Assembly (NCBI RefSeq): GCF_036365525.1
Contig: NC_090399.1
Span: 10,539,558-10,603,557, forward strand
DNA length: 64,000 nt
DNA from: Heterodontus francisci
Taxonomy: Eukaryota
Direction of reading: 5' to 3'
A program made the position numbers and the translations under genes. This document shows, piece after piece, positions 12,901 through 26,357 of the stretch; position 1 is the first letter of the stretch; each line of letters opens with the position of its first letter. A model generated the notes under the pieces. That model made no database searches. It saw nothing but the letters and a program-made list of their open reading frames with translations, and was not told where the DNA came from.

Positions 12901-14689
12901 GTTAGAGTGTCCATGCATTGATGGAGGGACCTTCCTGGGTCTAATGACATTTATTTTCTCATCCACCTAAATCTTTCAATCTGACATTGCAAGTATTGCC
13001 CTCAATAAATTAACAACTAATGATTCATCAATGGTCTAGTTTGCTGAAATATCCCGTGGGAGTATCTTTGCAGTGAGTTTGTAGAATTATTTTGCATCAA
13101 AGCTATTTAATAAACACACTGTGCAAATTGAACTTTAATTTATCAGTCAACGGACGCCAGGATTTTCTATTTGCTGATTGTATATTTTCCTGCTGTGTTG
13201 AACCATGAACTCCAATAGGTCAATGCCAACTACAGGCTGTTATTTATCCATGTGACCTTGAGTTTTGGAAGTAGCGACTGTTCTGCATCGTGGCACATTA
13301 TAATCTCCGCTTCACTGTAACTTTCAATTGTTGTTCAGCTTGTTGGGTGCTGCTGAATTTGGTAACACACTGCAAGAGTTCAGATTGTAGACTCAGATCT
13401 TCCGCAATGGTGTAAAACAACTGGTAGCGAATCAGAAGCTCGTTTAACATCTTCTCCCGCTTTACATGTTAATTGACTTCAATGGAAATAAAGATTGGGT
13501 GAGATTCAATATGGGCTTCCCCACTCCCCCATCAGCCATTGTACACCATAGCAACATCTCAAAACCTATTCTCTATCACCACTGTGTCTCCCACCGCACC
13601 CCCCCCCACCCCCTCACACCGCAACCCCTTCCCCTCCACCCCCCCCCCCCACCCTTGCTAGACCTGGGGGTGACTGTGGGCATAAGTTCTACTCCAGGAC
13701 CTGAGCACTAAAATCCAGGCTGAAACTTCACTGCAGCACTGAGGGAGTGCTGTACTGTTGGAGGTGGCGTCTTTCAGATGAGACGTAAGCCAAGGCCCCA
13801 ACTGCTCTCTCAAGTGAACGTAAAGGATCCCACAGCCACTATTTCGAAGAAGGGTGGGGGAGTTATCTCCAGTGTTCTGGCCAATATTTGTCCCTCAATC
13901 AGTTTAACTGGAAACTGAATATCTGGTCACTATCAGATTGCTGTTTGTGGGAGCTTACTGTGCACAAATTGGCTTCCACAATTCCTACATTACAACAGCG
14001 ACTTCAGGAGAAATTTATTGGCTGCAAAGCACTTCGGGACATCTGAGGTTGTTAAAGGCACTATTTAAATGCAAGTCTTTATTGTGTTTCTTCATAGGCA
14101 GTGTCACAAAACAGGTGGAATCGAATTCGCTGCCAGTTTTGGACACATCAACTGAACTGAATATCGAGTGGAGTGTATAACAGGCACCCGCTATTATACT
14201 GGTTCAAGGCCCTGACCATGTCCAGTTTCTGCCCATTTGTATGTCTTATGTACCTCACAATAATGCAGAGGCTAAGCAACTGGCAAGGACACCTATCGAG
14301 AGGAATGTGACCATAATACTCAAAGATGATTGATTGCAATGTTTTAAGTGCTGCTGCAAAACATCTGGGTTATTTTACCCCAATCTATGGCATTGATACA
14401 CGTGAAACAGAATATCTGAGATCAGCTAAGGGTTTAAAATAAATCATTTTTTGTTCCAAAACATTCCATTGCAAAGTATTGCTATTAATCAGAATATTGT
14501 CTTTAATTATGCATTTCTTTATATTTCTGTGGAATTATAGCGTAGATTGAAGTATTAATATCACCTTATATGGGTCACTGTCAGCACAGATACCCAGATA
14601 CCCCACTTTCACTGAGTAGGGAACAATTCGACACACATTTAATTTCCATAATCTATTTTACTTTATATACTTACACAAGTAAGACTCAT

Positions 14690-16100
14690 AGAATCATTGA
14701 ATGGTTACAGCAGAAGGAGGCCATTCAGCCCATCATGTCTATGCAGGCTCTCTGCAACATAAACTCACCTGGTCCCACTCCAATGCGTTTTCCCTGTATG
14801 TCTAAAACATTTTTATCTTCAGATAATTATCCAGTTCTCTTTTGAAAGCCTCGATTGAAACTGGCTTCATCAGGCAGTACATTCCAGATTCTAACCACTC
14901 ACTGCGTATAAAAACGTTTTTCTCATGTTGCCATTGCTTTTTTGCCGATCATGTTAAATCAGTGTCCTCTGGTTCTGGATCGTGAGGCCAATGGGAACAG
15001 TTTCTCTCTATCTAGCCTGTCCAGACCCCTCATGATTTTGAACACCTCTATCAAATCTCCTCTTAACCTTCCCTTCTCCATGGAAAACATCCCCAGCTTC
15101 TCCAACCTATCCACGTAACTGAAGTTTTTCATCCCTGGAATCAGCAACTCACCAAGATTCCTTCGACAGCACCTTCCAAACCCGTATCCTCTACCACCTA
15201 GAAAGACAAGGGCAGCAGATACACAGGAACACCACCACCTGCAAGTTCCCCTCCAAATCACACACCACCCTGACTTGGAATTATATCGCCGTTCCTTCAC
15301 TGTCGTTGAGTCAAAATCCTGGAACTCACTTCCGAACAACAATGTTGGTGTACCTACACCCCAAGGACTGCAGCGGGTCAAGAAGGCGGCTCAGCACCAT
15401 CTTCTTAAGGGCAATTATGGATGGGCAATAAATGCTGGCCTAGCCAGCGATGCCCGCATCCCAGGAACAAATAAAAAAAATTCTCGTGACTCTTTTTTGC
15501 ACCATCTCTAAACCTTCACATCCTTCCTGAAGCGCGGTGCCCAGAATTAGACACAATACTCCAGTTGAGGCCAAACCAGTGTTTTTACAGGCTTATAACT
15601 TCCTTGCTTTTGTACTCTATGCCCCTATTTATAAAGCCCAGGATCTGGTATGCTTTATTAACCACTTTCTCGACCGTTCCTGCCACCTTCAATGATGTGT
15701 GCACATATACACCCAAGTCCCTCTGCTCCTGCACCCACTTTAGAACTGTACCCTATAATTTATATTGCCTCTTCTCATTCTTCCTATCAAAATGAATCAC
15801 TTAACACTTCCCCACATTAAGTTTTATCTGTCACTTGTCCACCCAATCCACCAGCCTATGTCCTCTTCCAAGTTTTGTGTCATCTGCAAATTTGGAAATT
15901 GTACCTTGTACACTCACATCTACGTCATTAATAACATCAAGAAAAGCAGTGGTCCTAACATTGACCCCTGGGGAACCCCACAATATGCCTTTCTCCAGCC
16001 TGAAAAACAACCATCCACCACTACTTTCTGTTTCCTGTCACTCAACTAATTTCATATCCAGGCTGGGATTGTCCCTTATGTTCCACGAACTTTAACTTTT
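14690..16100 (-). mobile_element. CR1 LINE 3' fragment with nested opposite-strand LINE tail (~15140-15480)
   Basis: ...SYVDRLEKLGMFSMEKGRLRGDLIEVFKIM; nested piece ends GGGCAATAAATGCTGGCC. Confidence 0.75.
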
Positions 16101-16297
16101 CTGACACAGAATCACAGAGAAATTTACAGCACTGAAGGCCATTCAGCCCTTCTTGTCTGTTCTGGCTGAAAAATAGTTATCCTGCCTAATCTCACTTTCC
16201 AGCTCTTGGCCCTTAGCCTGTAGGTTCCTGCACCTCAAGTGCATATCCAAGTATTTTTTTAAATGTGATGAGTGTTTCACAGCTAAAATTCTCCAGT

Positions 16298-17108
16298 CAA
16301 AGAACAAAGAACAACAAAGAACAGTACAGCACAGGAACAGGCCATTCGGCCCTCCAAGCCTGCGCCGATCTTGATGCCTGCCTAAACTAACACCTTCTGC
16401 ACTTCCGGGGACCGTATCCCTCTATTCCCTTCCTATTCATATATTTGTCAAGATGTCTCTTAAACATCGCTATCGTATCTGCTTCCACCACCTCCCCTGG
16501 CAGCAAGTTCCAGGCACTCACCACCCTCTGTGTAAAAAACCTGCCTCGCACATCCCCTCTAAACTTTGCCCCTTGCACCTTAAACCTATGTCCCCTAGTA
16601 ACTGACTCTTCCACCCTGGGAAAAAGCTTCTGACTATCCACTCTGTCCATGCCGCTCATAACTTTGTAAACCTCTATCATGTCGCCCCTCCACCTCCGTT
16701 GTTCCAGTGAAAACAATCCGAGTTTTTCCAACTTCTCTTCATAGCTAATGCCCTCCAGACCAGGCAACATCCTGGTAAACCTCCTCTGTACCTTCTCCAA
16801 AGCCTCCACGTCCTTCTGGTAGTGTGGCGACCAGAATTGCACGCAATATTCTAAGTGTGGCCTAACTAAGGTTCTGTACAGCTGCAACATGACTTGCCAA
16901 TTTTTATACTCTATGCCCCGACCGATGAAGGCAAGCATGCCGTATGCCTTCTTGACTACCTTATCCACCTGCGTTGCCACTTTCAGTGACCTGTGGACCT
17001 GTACGCCCAGATCTCTCTGCCTGTCAATACTCCTAAGGGTTCTGCCATTTACTGTATACCTCCCACCTGCATTAGACCTTTCAAAATGCATTACCTCACA
17101 TTTGTCCT
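16298..17108 (-). mobile_element. Relatively young 5'-truncated CR1 LINE
   Basis: Open 234-aa ORF (RDLGV, LYRTLVRPHLEYCVQFWSP, RGDMIEVYK); (GTTCTTT)n tail. Confidence 0.92.
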
Positions 17109-18254
17109 GGCAACAATCTCCTTTGATCCCTTTCTCTAGTGTGACTCACAAGCAATTCCAAGCTAATGTCTTTAGATGAGAAATCTACACTGGACTGCCC
17201 AATATCCAGTTTGGTTGATTACAGTGGAACTGACTATCAGGCATATTGTGTCACTGTCAGCAAATGCTTCCCCACCAATGTCCAATTACAGCCCTAGGTC
17301 TGAATAGTGCTTTATCTGAGTAATGTAGCTGAAGAATATTGAATGTTTTACCCTTAACACAAAGCAACGAAAATACTGGACAATACAGAGTCAGGCACAC
17401 AATAATCCACCAGTGACTCTGTATACTACAGGATACAAATACTCACTTCACTGTGCATCAGGAACAATGTTAAATTTACAGTATTAATTCCCCTGAGTGA
17501 GATTAACACTCATGGTATTCTGGCACCAAGTAGCACCCAGACTAGAGGGTTAGATTTCTGCCTTCAAGCCCCAGTGTTAGGAACACTCTTATACTAATAG
17601 GTTGTGGGTTTAATTCTCCCCTTCTCCTACAGGGAGACTAATACTACAGTATGGCACTGAGGAATCCTTGCGGTACCCATTGTGCCTTACCTGTTAGATA
17701 TCCTTAAAGATATTCTTCTCTGGGAAGAATGGAGAATGTCCTGGCCAACATTCTTCCCCCAACCAACTTCAGCCAAAAAAAAACTGAATAGACTCCATTC
17801 TGGAGCCAAGAAACAAAATGACTGACTGGCCCGTCAACATGTTTGCTGTTTGTGGACTTGGTGTCGTATTGACTTACATCACAAGTCTTATACATCCTGA
17901 AGGAATTGATCATGTAAATGTAGCATTGTTATCAATAGCTAAAAGTCAAGACGTTACATCCAGTATCACGGAGTCACGGGTATAATTATTGGGTGTCCAC
18001 TGGTGTGTATGTGTACAAGAATTTTAAAACATGAAATATTCTTCCAAAAAGTCACACAGACATGGCTACAATCAACTCTATAATTTATAACGACAAATAA
18101 GTATATTATTTCTTTCTTTCTGTTATTATTCCATATCCATACAGTTTAAAATAAAAATCCAATAGCCTCTAAGTATAGATCGGAAACTATCTGAATAATT
18201 TCCTTGTTCGATAATTCTGGCAAAATTATAAACACTGCTCCAAAAAGACACCTT

Positions 18255-18995
18255 GGCTGGAATTTTACACCACCCCAATGAGCCGGATGGTGGTGGGGTG
18301 AGGGGTGGGGGGAGGGGGGTGGTGGCATAAAATGGAGCGGGAGGCTCTCGGAGGCTTTCCCGACCTGCTCCGGCCTCCGCCCCACTATACGTAGGGCGGG
18401 TGGGGTGGAGGGGGGGGGGCAAAAAAAGGACATCCACCCCAGGCCGATTAAGGCCCTTAAGTTGCCAATTAACGGCCACTTAAAGGCCCTTGCCCGCTTC
18501 CAAGTGGATTTTACGTGTGGCAAGCAGGCGTCCTGGAACCGGGAAAGGCAGCCCGGTAAAAGCTGGCGGCCTCTCAGCGCCCCGGGTTGTGCCCCGACAA
18601 GTTGACCGATTGAGGGCCACCCCCGCTTCCCCAACCGCCCCCAGGACCCACGATGCCCCCCTTTTACCCAAACGAACACCCTTGCCTCACTGTGGCCCGA
18701 CTGATTACTCCCCGGCAAGCCAAGCCAAACTTACCTGCACTCCTGGCTCTGTGACCTCGGCTGGGCTGCAGTCCCAACAGCGGCTACTGCTCCCGATGGC
18801 GCTGCTGGGACTAAGAGCTGCTGGCCTGATGATTGGCTGACAGCTCAGTGAGGTGGGACTTCCTCCATCAAGTGGGTGGAAGTCCCGCCTCGGAACAATT
18901 AAAGCCTGGGGGCTGTAAAATGCGGGACGGATCTCCAGGCTCGGACTCTTACGTCGGTGGCCAGCTCCCGTCCGCCCAACGTAAAATCCAGCCCC
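18255..18995. mobile_element. GC-rich non-autonomous DNA transposon (MITE)
   Basis: Imperfect TIRs GGCTGGAATTTTAC ... GTAAAATCCAGCC; related elements at ~45169-45883 and ~50702-50960. Confidence 0.7.
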
Positions 18996-19549
18996 TTGTG
19001 GTTTGACTCTTCATCACTAATGTATTTCTAATGATGCCACACAATAACATTGTTACTCCAGTAAGTTACTTTATTACACATGTTGTTCAGTTGCTTAGTT
19101 TTAAACGATATTTCAAATATTAAATGCAGCATTGGCTGGTTTGTGCCCAAGACCAATGTTTGCCCACAACATCCAGGTGTACCAGCCTGGTTTTGAGTTC
19201 GACACTCCTGGAGTGGGACTTAAACACACAACCCTCTACCATCAGAATCTAGCGTTCTAACCACTGAGCCAAGCCTGGCATCTAAGTGCCTGCCACTTAA
19301 TTAATGGAACTTCCCACCGAATTAAAAAGTGGCACCACCATTCGGAACAGACATTATGCAGGAATGTGAGATCAGTCAAAATTCTGTGAAGGAGAAATGA
19401 ATAAATGTAGCGAGATTGCAACAGTATTTTTAAGATTGCTTGACTAAGACATATCTAAAATCAAAAGAGAAGATAACATGATAAGAAATATCAAAGATCT
19501 ATCTCACCAACACCACCAGGTATGTGTGCACATTCAAGGTAAGTGGTTA

Positions 19550-20445
19550 GACTTAAATGCAGGGAGCATGATTCAGATGTTTGTAGATGATATAAAATGG
19601 GTGTGTGGTTGATAGTGAGGAAGAAAGCTTCAGGCTGCAGGAAGATATCGATGAACTGGTCAGGTGGGCAGAAAAGTAGCAAATGGAAAGTGAGGTAATG
19701 TATTTGGGGAGGGCTAACAAGGCAAGGGAATACACAATAAAAGGCAGGATATTGAGAAGTGTAGAGGAACAGAGAGACCTTGGTGTGCATGTCCACAGAT
19801 CCCTGAAGGTATTAGGACAGGTAAAGTGGTTAAGAAGGCAAATGACACAGAATATAAGAACAGGGAGGTTATGCTAGAATTGTATAAAACACTAGATAGG
19901 TTATAGCTAGAGTACTGCATACAGTTCTGGTCATTGCATTGAAGGAAGAATGTGATTGCATTAGAGAGGGTACAGAGAACATTTACAGAGGATGTTGTGA
20001 GAAATGGCAAATTTTAGCAATGAAGAATGATTGGATAGGTTGGAATTGTTTTCTTGGAACAGAGGAGGCTGAGGAGGGACTTCAGTGAGATTTATAAAAT
20101 TATGAAGTTCCTAGATAGAGTGGATAGAAAGGACTTACTTGCCTTCTCATGAGGGCAACACCAGGGGGAATAGATTTAATGAAATTGGTAGAATAATTAG
20201 AGAGGATTGGAAAACATTTCTTTCACCCAGAGGGTTGTTGGGGGTCTTCCTGAAAAGGGAGTAGAGACAGAAACCCACATTGCATTAAAAAGCAGTGAAA
20301 AGCAGTTGAAGTATTGTAACTTTCAGGGCTATGGACCAAGAGCTGGAAAGTGGAATTAGGCTGGACAACTCTTTTTAGGCTGGCACTGATACGATGGAGG
20401 GAATGGCCTTCTTTTGTGCCTTAATTTTTCTATGTTTCTATGATG
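19550..20445 (+). mobile_element. Old CR1 LINE 3' fragment
   Basis: EEQRDLGVHVHRSLK; CTAGAGTACTGCATACAGTTCTGG; TTCTATG tail. Confidence 0.8.
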
Positions 20446-23400
20446 AATATCTCTCAATTTACTCGTCCTTTGAAGGTGCAAATTTTTAACCCAAGGTTTA
20501 GCTTCATCACCATTACTCAACGAATGTCTTCACTTGCCTTACAGTTTCATCCTCATTTTGGCCTCAATCCTCTCTCTGACTTCATATTAAAGGCAATTAT
20601 TAAAACACTATAATTAACAATAATCGTTAATAAAACAAACGATACTGCTGAATCGACAGAGGTAAAAACCACATTCAGCCACGCCCTCGTATCGAATGAG
20701 TCACATTCAGATGTTGCTCACGCTCATGAGGTTTGCAAAGCTGCTTTACAAATAAACATGTACAACGCCACCTAATTAAAAGGATGCATAATAGACACCA
20801 GACTTTTGAAGGAATCTACGGGCAGTAATAACAATGCCAGTGCCTGTAATACATTCAGTTCCATTTCACATTGACTCGGGTGAAAACTGGAGTACATGTT
20901 CTGTTAATGAAGGAGCTTACTCAGGGATACTGAGCACTGTAATAGTAAATGGAACCCTGAGCCTCTGCTCCACGTGTCACCGACGTCCCATCTGCAGCAA
21001 GCGCACTATCTATTAAGATCAGAAGTCGACAAACTTTTCTAATCTTTTGTTGGACCTTCAACGTCCAACTATGCATTGCACCGACTTGTTTGTGTCAGTA
21101 AATTGTTTTTTTTTTAAATGATGGACTCCTAAAAGGATTTATTTTAAAAAAAAGTACTTTTGTTTGGGACAAATACAGAGATCGTACATTTTGTTAACAT
21201 CACACTTTGTACCGAACGTATAAATTGTCTGACAGGTCAGTAGAAAGTCAAATACTCTGAATGATATTTGAGCACCTTGTGATCCCGTCCCATTAACTAT
21301 TAACTAAGGATGTCATTCACAGAGCGAGTGCGAAAGGTGAATGCAGTTTTAGATTCAGTGCCTTTGATTCAATTGTATACTAAGTTAACAGGTGGAGACA
21401 AATTTTGCGGCATCAGCTCATTTTGTTACTGCAGTGAACAGATACAGGAGTAGGCCATTCAGCCCATTGAATTAAACACCCATTGAACATGTTCCACTAT
21501 TCTATTAGATCATTGCTGGTCTCTATCTCAATCCCATTTACCTGATTTTACTCCATTCTCACTGACACCTTCAGCCAACACAAGCCTTGAAAATATTAAT
21601 TTTCACAGTCTTTTGGGGGAGAGAGTTCCAGATTTCCACTACCCTCGAGGACAGGGGTCGACAACCTATTTCCCTGCAAAGCCTCCTTTTAAAAAAAATT
21701 GCCCACAATAAAAATATTTTATTTTTCTTGACATTTTTTTCATGTCAATGCGATCCAATTGGAAAAGGTTGGGAGCTGCTATAATGAGATGTTAAAGAGC
21801 TGCATGCAGCTCCAGAGACACAGGTTGCAGACGCCTCGATGGGATGAAATGCTTTGTAATTTACTCATGAATAGTCTGGCTGTAATTTAAAATTACTCCC
21901 CCTTGTTCTTGATTCCCTCACCAAAAGGAAATAGTTCCTCTTTTCTACCCTTTACAGTCATTTTATCAAAAGGAATCCACATAACGCCACACAATAACTT
22001 CTATTTGTATAGTGGCTTTAAGGTAGCAAAATGCCCAAAGGTGCTTTGCAGGAAGGTTCCCAAACAACATTTGACATCCAAAAGCTCGGTCAAAGAGATT
22101 CTAAGGAATGCCTTACTGGAGGAAAGATGTATAGAGAACTGCAACAGCTGAAGAAGGGAATTCCAGAGCTGAAGGCATGACAACCAATCATGGAGTGATG
22201 AAAATTGAGGATACACAAGAAACCAGTATTAGAAGAGGGCAGGTATCTCAGAGGGTTATGGGGCTGGAGGAGATTACACAGATAGGAAAGGCAAGGTCAC
22301 GGAGGAATCTGAAACAAGGATGAGAATCTGCAAATCAAGGTGTTGTTAGACTGGGAGCCAATGTAAGTTAATGAGCACAGAGTGATGGATGAAAGGGATT
22401 TGGTATGAGCAATGTTACAAGCTAGCATGCCAACCCAGACTGCTGGGGTAACTATAGCTGGTAATTAGGTAAGACCTGAAATGCATTTACCACGGTTCAA
22501 GTAGGTACAACACCAACCTTTGACAAGCACGATGGATGTGGACACTTAAATGCCATTACCAATCATGAGTTGGAGTTCAAATACATTGTGCGGTAGAATG
22601 GAAAGATTGTAAAATTTTAAGTTTGGCATGTCCCTCACATGACCTGGAAGTAGTTAATTAAAAGAATAATTGATGCCCTCATTCACATTTTTTATTTATT
22701 CATTCTTGGGATATGAGCATCACTGGCAAGGCCAGCATTTATTACCCATTCCTAATTGCTCTTGAGCAGGTGGCGAGCTGCCTACAACTGAAAGGCTTGC
22801 TCAGCCATTTCAGTGGGCAGTTAAGAGTCAACCACATTGCTGTGGGTCTGGAGTTACATGTAGGCCAGACCGGGTAAGGATGGCAGATTTCCTCCCCTGA
22901 AGGACATTAGTGAACCAGAGGGTTTTGTTTTATAACAATCCAGTAGTTACATTATCATTATTAATGAAACCAACTTTTTATTGCAAATTTATAAATTAAT
23001 TACATTTAAATTCCTCTAGTTGCCATGGTGGGATCTGAGCTCATGTCTCCAGCTCATTAATCTGGGCCTCTGGATTACTAATCCAAGAACACTACCACTA
23101 TGCTACTATTGGCTGTTACTGAAGTAGGTCACTTTTAAAACTAAAAAAATGTAGGAAATAGAAGCAGGCATAGGTCATAGTTGCTACGTGGATTGATTAG
23201 AGAAGCTAGGATCGTTCTCTTTAGAGAAGAGAAGGCTGAAAGAAGTTTAGATAGAGGTGTTCAAAATCATGAGGTCATGAGGGGTCTGGACAGAGTAGAG
23301 AGAGACTGTTCCCATTGGCTGAAGGATCGAGATCTGGAGGACACCGATTTAAAGTAATTGGCAAAAGAACCAAAGGTGACGGGAGGAACAAACATTTTAT

Positions 23401-24194
23401 GCAGCAAGTGTTTATAATCTGGAAATCACTGCCTGAGGGTGGTGGAGGTAGATTCAATTGTAGCTTTAAAAGGGAATTGGAGAAGCAGCTGAAGGGGAAG
23501 AATTTGCAGGGATATGGGGAAAGGGTGGTGGAGTAGGTCTAGCTAAACTGCTCTTGCAGAGGGCTGGCATAGGCTCGACAGCTAATAGGTCTCCTGGGCT
23601 GTATCCATTCTATGATCGTATGATTCTGTACTGCCCCTCGAGTATGCTCTGCCATTCAATAAGACCATGGCTGATCTTTGACCTCAACTCCACATTCCTG
23701 CCTAATCCCCATATCTCTTAATTCCCCTAGTGCCCAAAAATCTCATGATCTCAGTCTTGAATATACTCAATGACTGAGTCCTCAACTGTCCCATCCTCAT
23801 CGCTCCCTGGGTTGGAGAATTCCAAAAATTCACAACCTCTCAGTGAAGAAATCTCTTCTCATCTCAGTCCTTAAAGGGCTAACGACCCCTTATCCTGACT
23901 CTGTAACTCCAAGTTCCAGACTCACTGGAAGTTTACAAATCTGGATCTCGATCCTTCAGCCAATGGGAAGTCTCTCTGTACTCTGTCAAATTAGCTATTA
24001 AAATAATGTCCCAACAGTAGTTTTTCAGTACCTGAAATATTCTGCACACTGATACATGTTTATATTTCAGTGCAAGCATAAAATGCAACCAGAGAAACGA
24101 TCCACATGTGTTCCAAAACACACACAATGAATATAATGAAATGAATGGGCCTGTTTTAGAGGAAACTTTGCATGTGCTGCCCAAGGTAACATTG

Positions 24195-24360
24195 GGTTAT
24201 TTACACGTGAATAATTAACCTGTACACTAGACTGTTGCAATAAGTGGATGGCACTGGGGGAAAGTGTCCACGGCAGCGGGGTCAAGATTCAGTCACTTGA
24301 GTTTCTTCCAGTCGATGCGTTCAGCCAGTCAGAAGCGGCCAATGTCTCTCAATTAGCTCA
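24195..24360 (+). promoter_or_regulatory. Putative promoter of the Ig-like gene with FOXA, E-box, HNF1 and CCAAT motifs
   Basis: TATTTAC 24198-24204, CACGTG 24204-24209, GTGAATAATTAAC 24207-24219 (1 mismatch to GTTAATNATTAAC), CCAAT 24349-24353; 100-260 bp upstream of ATG. Confidence 0.5.
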
Positions 24361-24454
24361 AACTTGCTTAACGTCTGAACCGAAGTTTAGCACACGCCGT
24401 TAGCCGGCGCTAAGGCAGCTCGTGTCTCCTGGATTCAGCTGTGAGGCTCAGAAA

Positions 24455-24491
24455 ATGTGGCAAGTGTTGATATTGCTCACGATCCACGCAG
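24455..24491 (+). CDS. UrIg: UrIg-like Ig gene, leader exon (MWQVLILLTIHA|G)
   Basis: AAAATGT start, hydrophobic signal peptide, phase-1 donor GCAG|GTATGC; split leader typical of Ig/TCR V genes. Confidence 0.85.
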
Positions 24492-24939
24492 GTATGCTGG
24501 TCATTTTGTATCATTCTTCCAGTCTCCTCCCTTCCCCTGCCGTGGAGACACGGAGGTGTGACAAGGCGATGGCTCAACAGTGGGGCTTAAAGGCAAGTGA
24601 CCAGAATTGGTGTGGGTCGAGAAAGCGATGGTCGGCAGGCCGGGCAATCTGCAGGGGAGACCCGACAGGCTTGACTTACCCTCTCCTGAGGTCCAGAGGA
24701 GTCACTGAACAGCGATGAGAGAGACAGGGGAACCTGAGTGATTCTTTCCCCCAGCCTCAGGGCCATGAGTTGCAGCGTGACTGCAGAGTGCGGGGTTAAA
24801 ATCTGGATCTGCGGACTGACACCCAGGGCTGCTTTCACCCACTAAGTCATGCTGATTGCATTATTTGTTGTACGTCGCGCTGCTAGAAGAGCACAGAAGG
24901 AGGCCATTCGGCCCATTGTTCCGGCTCTTTGTTTTATTT

Positions 24940-25228
24940 TACAGCACTGAAACAGGCCCTTCGGCCCACCGAGTCTGTGCCAACCATCAACCACCCATTT
25001 ATACTAATCCCATATTCCTACCACATCCTCACCTGTCCCTATACTCCCCTACCACCTACCTATACAAGGGGCCAATTTACCTGTCAACCTACATAGGGAG
25101 GAAACCGGAGCACCCAGAGGAAACCCACGCAGACACAGGGAGAACTTGCAAACTCCACACAGGCAGTACCCAGAATTGAACCCGGGTCCCTAGGGCTGTG
25201 AGGCTGCGGTGCTAACCACTGCGCCACT
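24940..25228 (-). mobile_element. HE1-like SINE in the leader-V intron
   Basis: Reverse complement of the 9559-9925 family. Confidence 0.85.
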
Positions 25229-25460
25229 ATCCCACTTCCCCTCGCTCTTTCACCACCACCACAACCACCCCACCCCCCCCCACCAGCCCTGCAGTCTTCT
25301 CCCCTTTACGTATTGATGGAAGGCTCCTTCTGAAAGTTGCTCTTGTATCTGATTTCAGCCAGTGAATTGTACATCATAACAGCTGTCTGCCTCTATTAGC
25401 CAATGGACCTGAAAGCTGTGCCCTCTGCATACCTATATTATCCTGTGTATTTTACTGCAG

Positions 25461-25838
25461 GTCTTGGAGCTGCTGATGACACTCTCTATATATCCCCCAT
25501 ATCTCTGACTCGCCGGGAGAATGAGACGGTGACATTGAACTGTTTCACTTCCAGAAACCTGGATAATTATTACTTTATCTGGGGATCTGCAAAGCCCGGG
25601 GATTTCATGATCTCGTGGATTCTCTATTGGACCCCAGGCTCAAGCGCAGCACTTTACCCGTCCACCGTAACCGATCGATTTACCGGCTTGAAGGACTGGA
25701 CCAGCAAGAAATTCTCTCTGACAATAAGGGATCTTCGAAAGGAGGATTCCGCCAGATATTACTGCGGCAGCTCAAACACATACTTCCCTTTCAGCACCGA
25801 TTGGAGCGGCTGTGGAGTTACTCTCAATGTAAACGCCG
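25461..25838 (+). CDS. UrIg: UrIg-like Ig gene, single-exon VJ-type variable domain
   Basis: Acceptor TTTTACTGCAG|GT; TVTLNC, YFIW, DRFTG, FSLTIRDLRKEDSARYYC, then J-like G strand WSGCGVTLNV in the same exon; donor GCCG|GTAGGT; 378 nt, phase 1-1. Gene symbol inferred from architecture. Confidence 0.93.
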
Positions 25839-26073
25839 GTAGGTTTCTCTCTTTCTCTCTCTCTCTCTTTATGGCTGTCTATCTGTCAGGACATCATCAC
25901 ATGATCCAGGCTGACACTTTGCTGCAGTGCCCAGGGGGTGCTGCATGGTCGGAGGTGCCTTCCTTTGGGTGAGAGATTAAACCTGTCCCCCCTTGTCACA
26001 GTGCATACCTTAACTTCCTGTTTGGCTACAAAACAAACACACACCAAAAAGTAATGAATTGGTCATGCATCGT

Positions 26074-26357
26074 TTTAGATTAGATTTGATTAGAGATACA
26101 GCACTGAAACAGGCCCTTCGGCCCACCGAGTCTGTGCCGAACATCAACCACCCATTTATACTAATCCTACACTAATCCCATATTCCTACCAAACATCCCC
26201 ACCTGTCCCTATATTTCCCTACCACCTACCTATACGAGTGACAATTTATAATGGCCAATTTACCTATCAACCTGCAAGTCTTTTGGCTTGTGGGAGGAAA
26301 CCGGAGCACCCGGAGAAAACCCACACAGACACAGGGAGAACTTGCAAACTCCACACA
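26074..26357 (-). mobile_element. 5'-truncated HE1-like SINE with (TCTAA)n-like tail
   Basis: Near-identical to the 3' part of 9559-9925. Confidence 0.85.

Noticed and set aside
18126-18840. GC-rich ORFs / CpG island
   Set aside because: Internal sequence of a TIR-bounded MITE with related copies at ~45170 and ~50700
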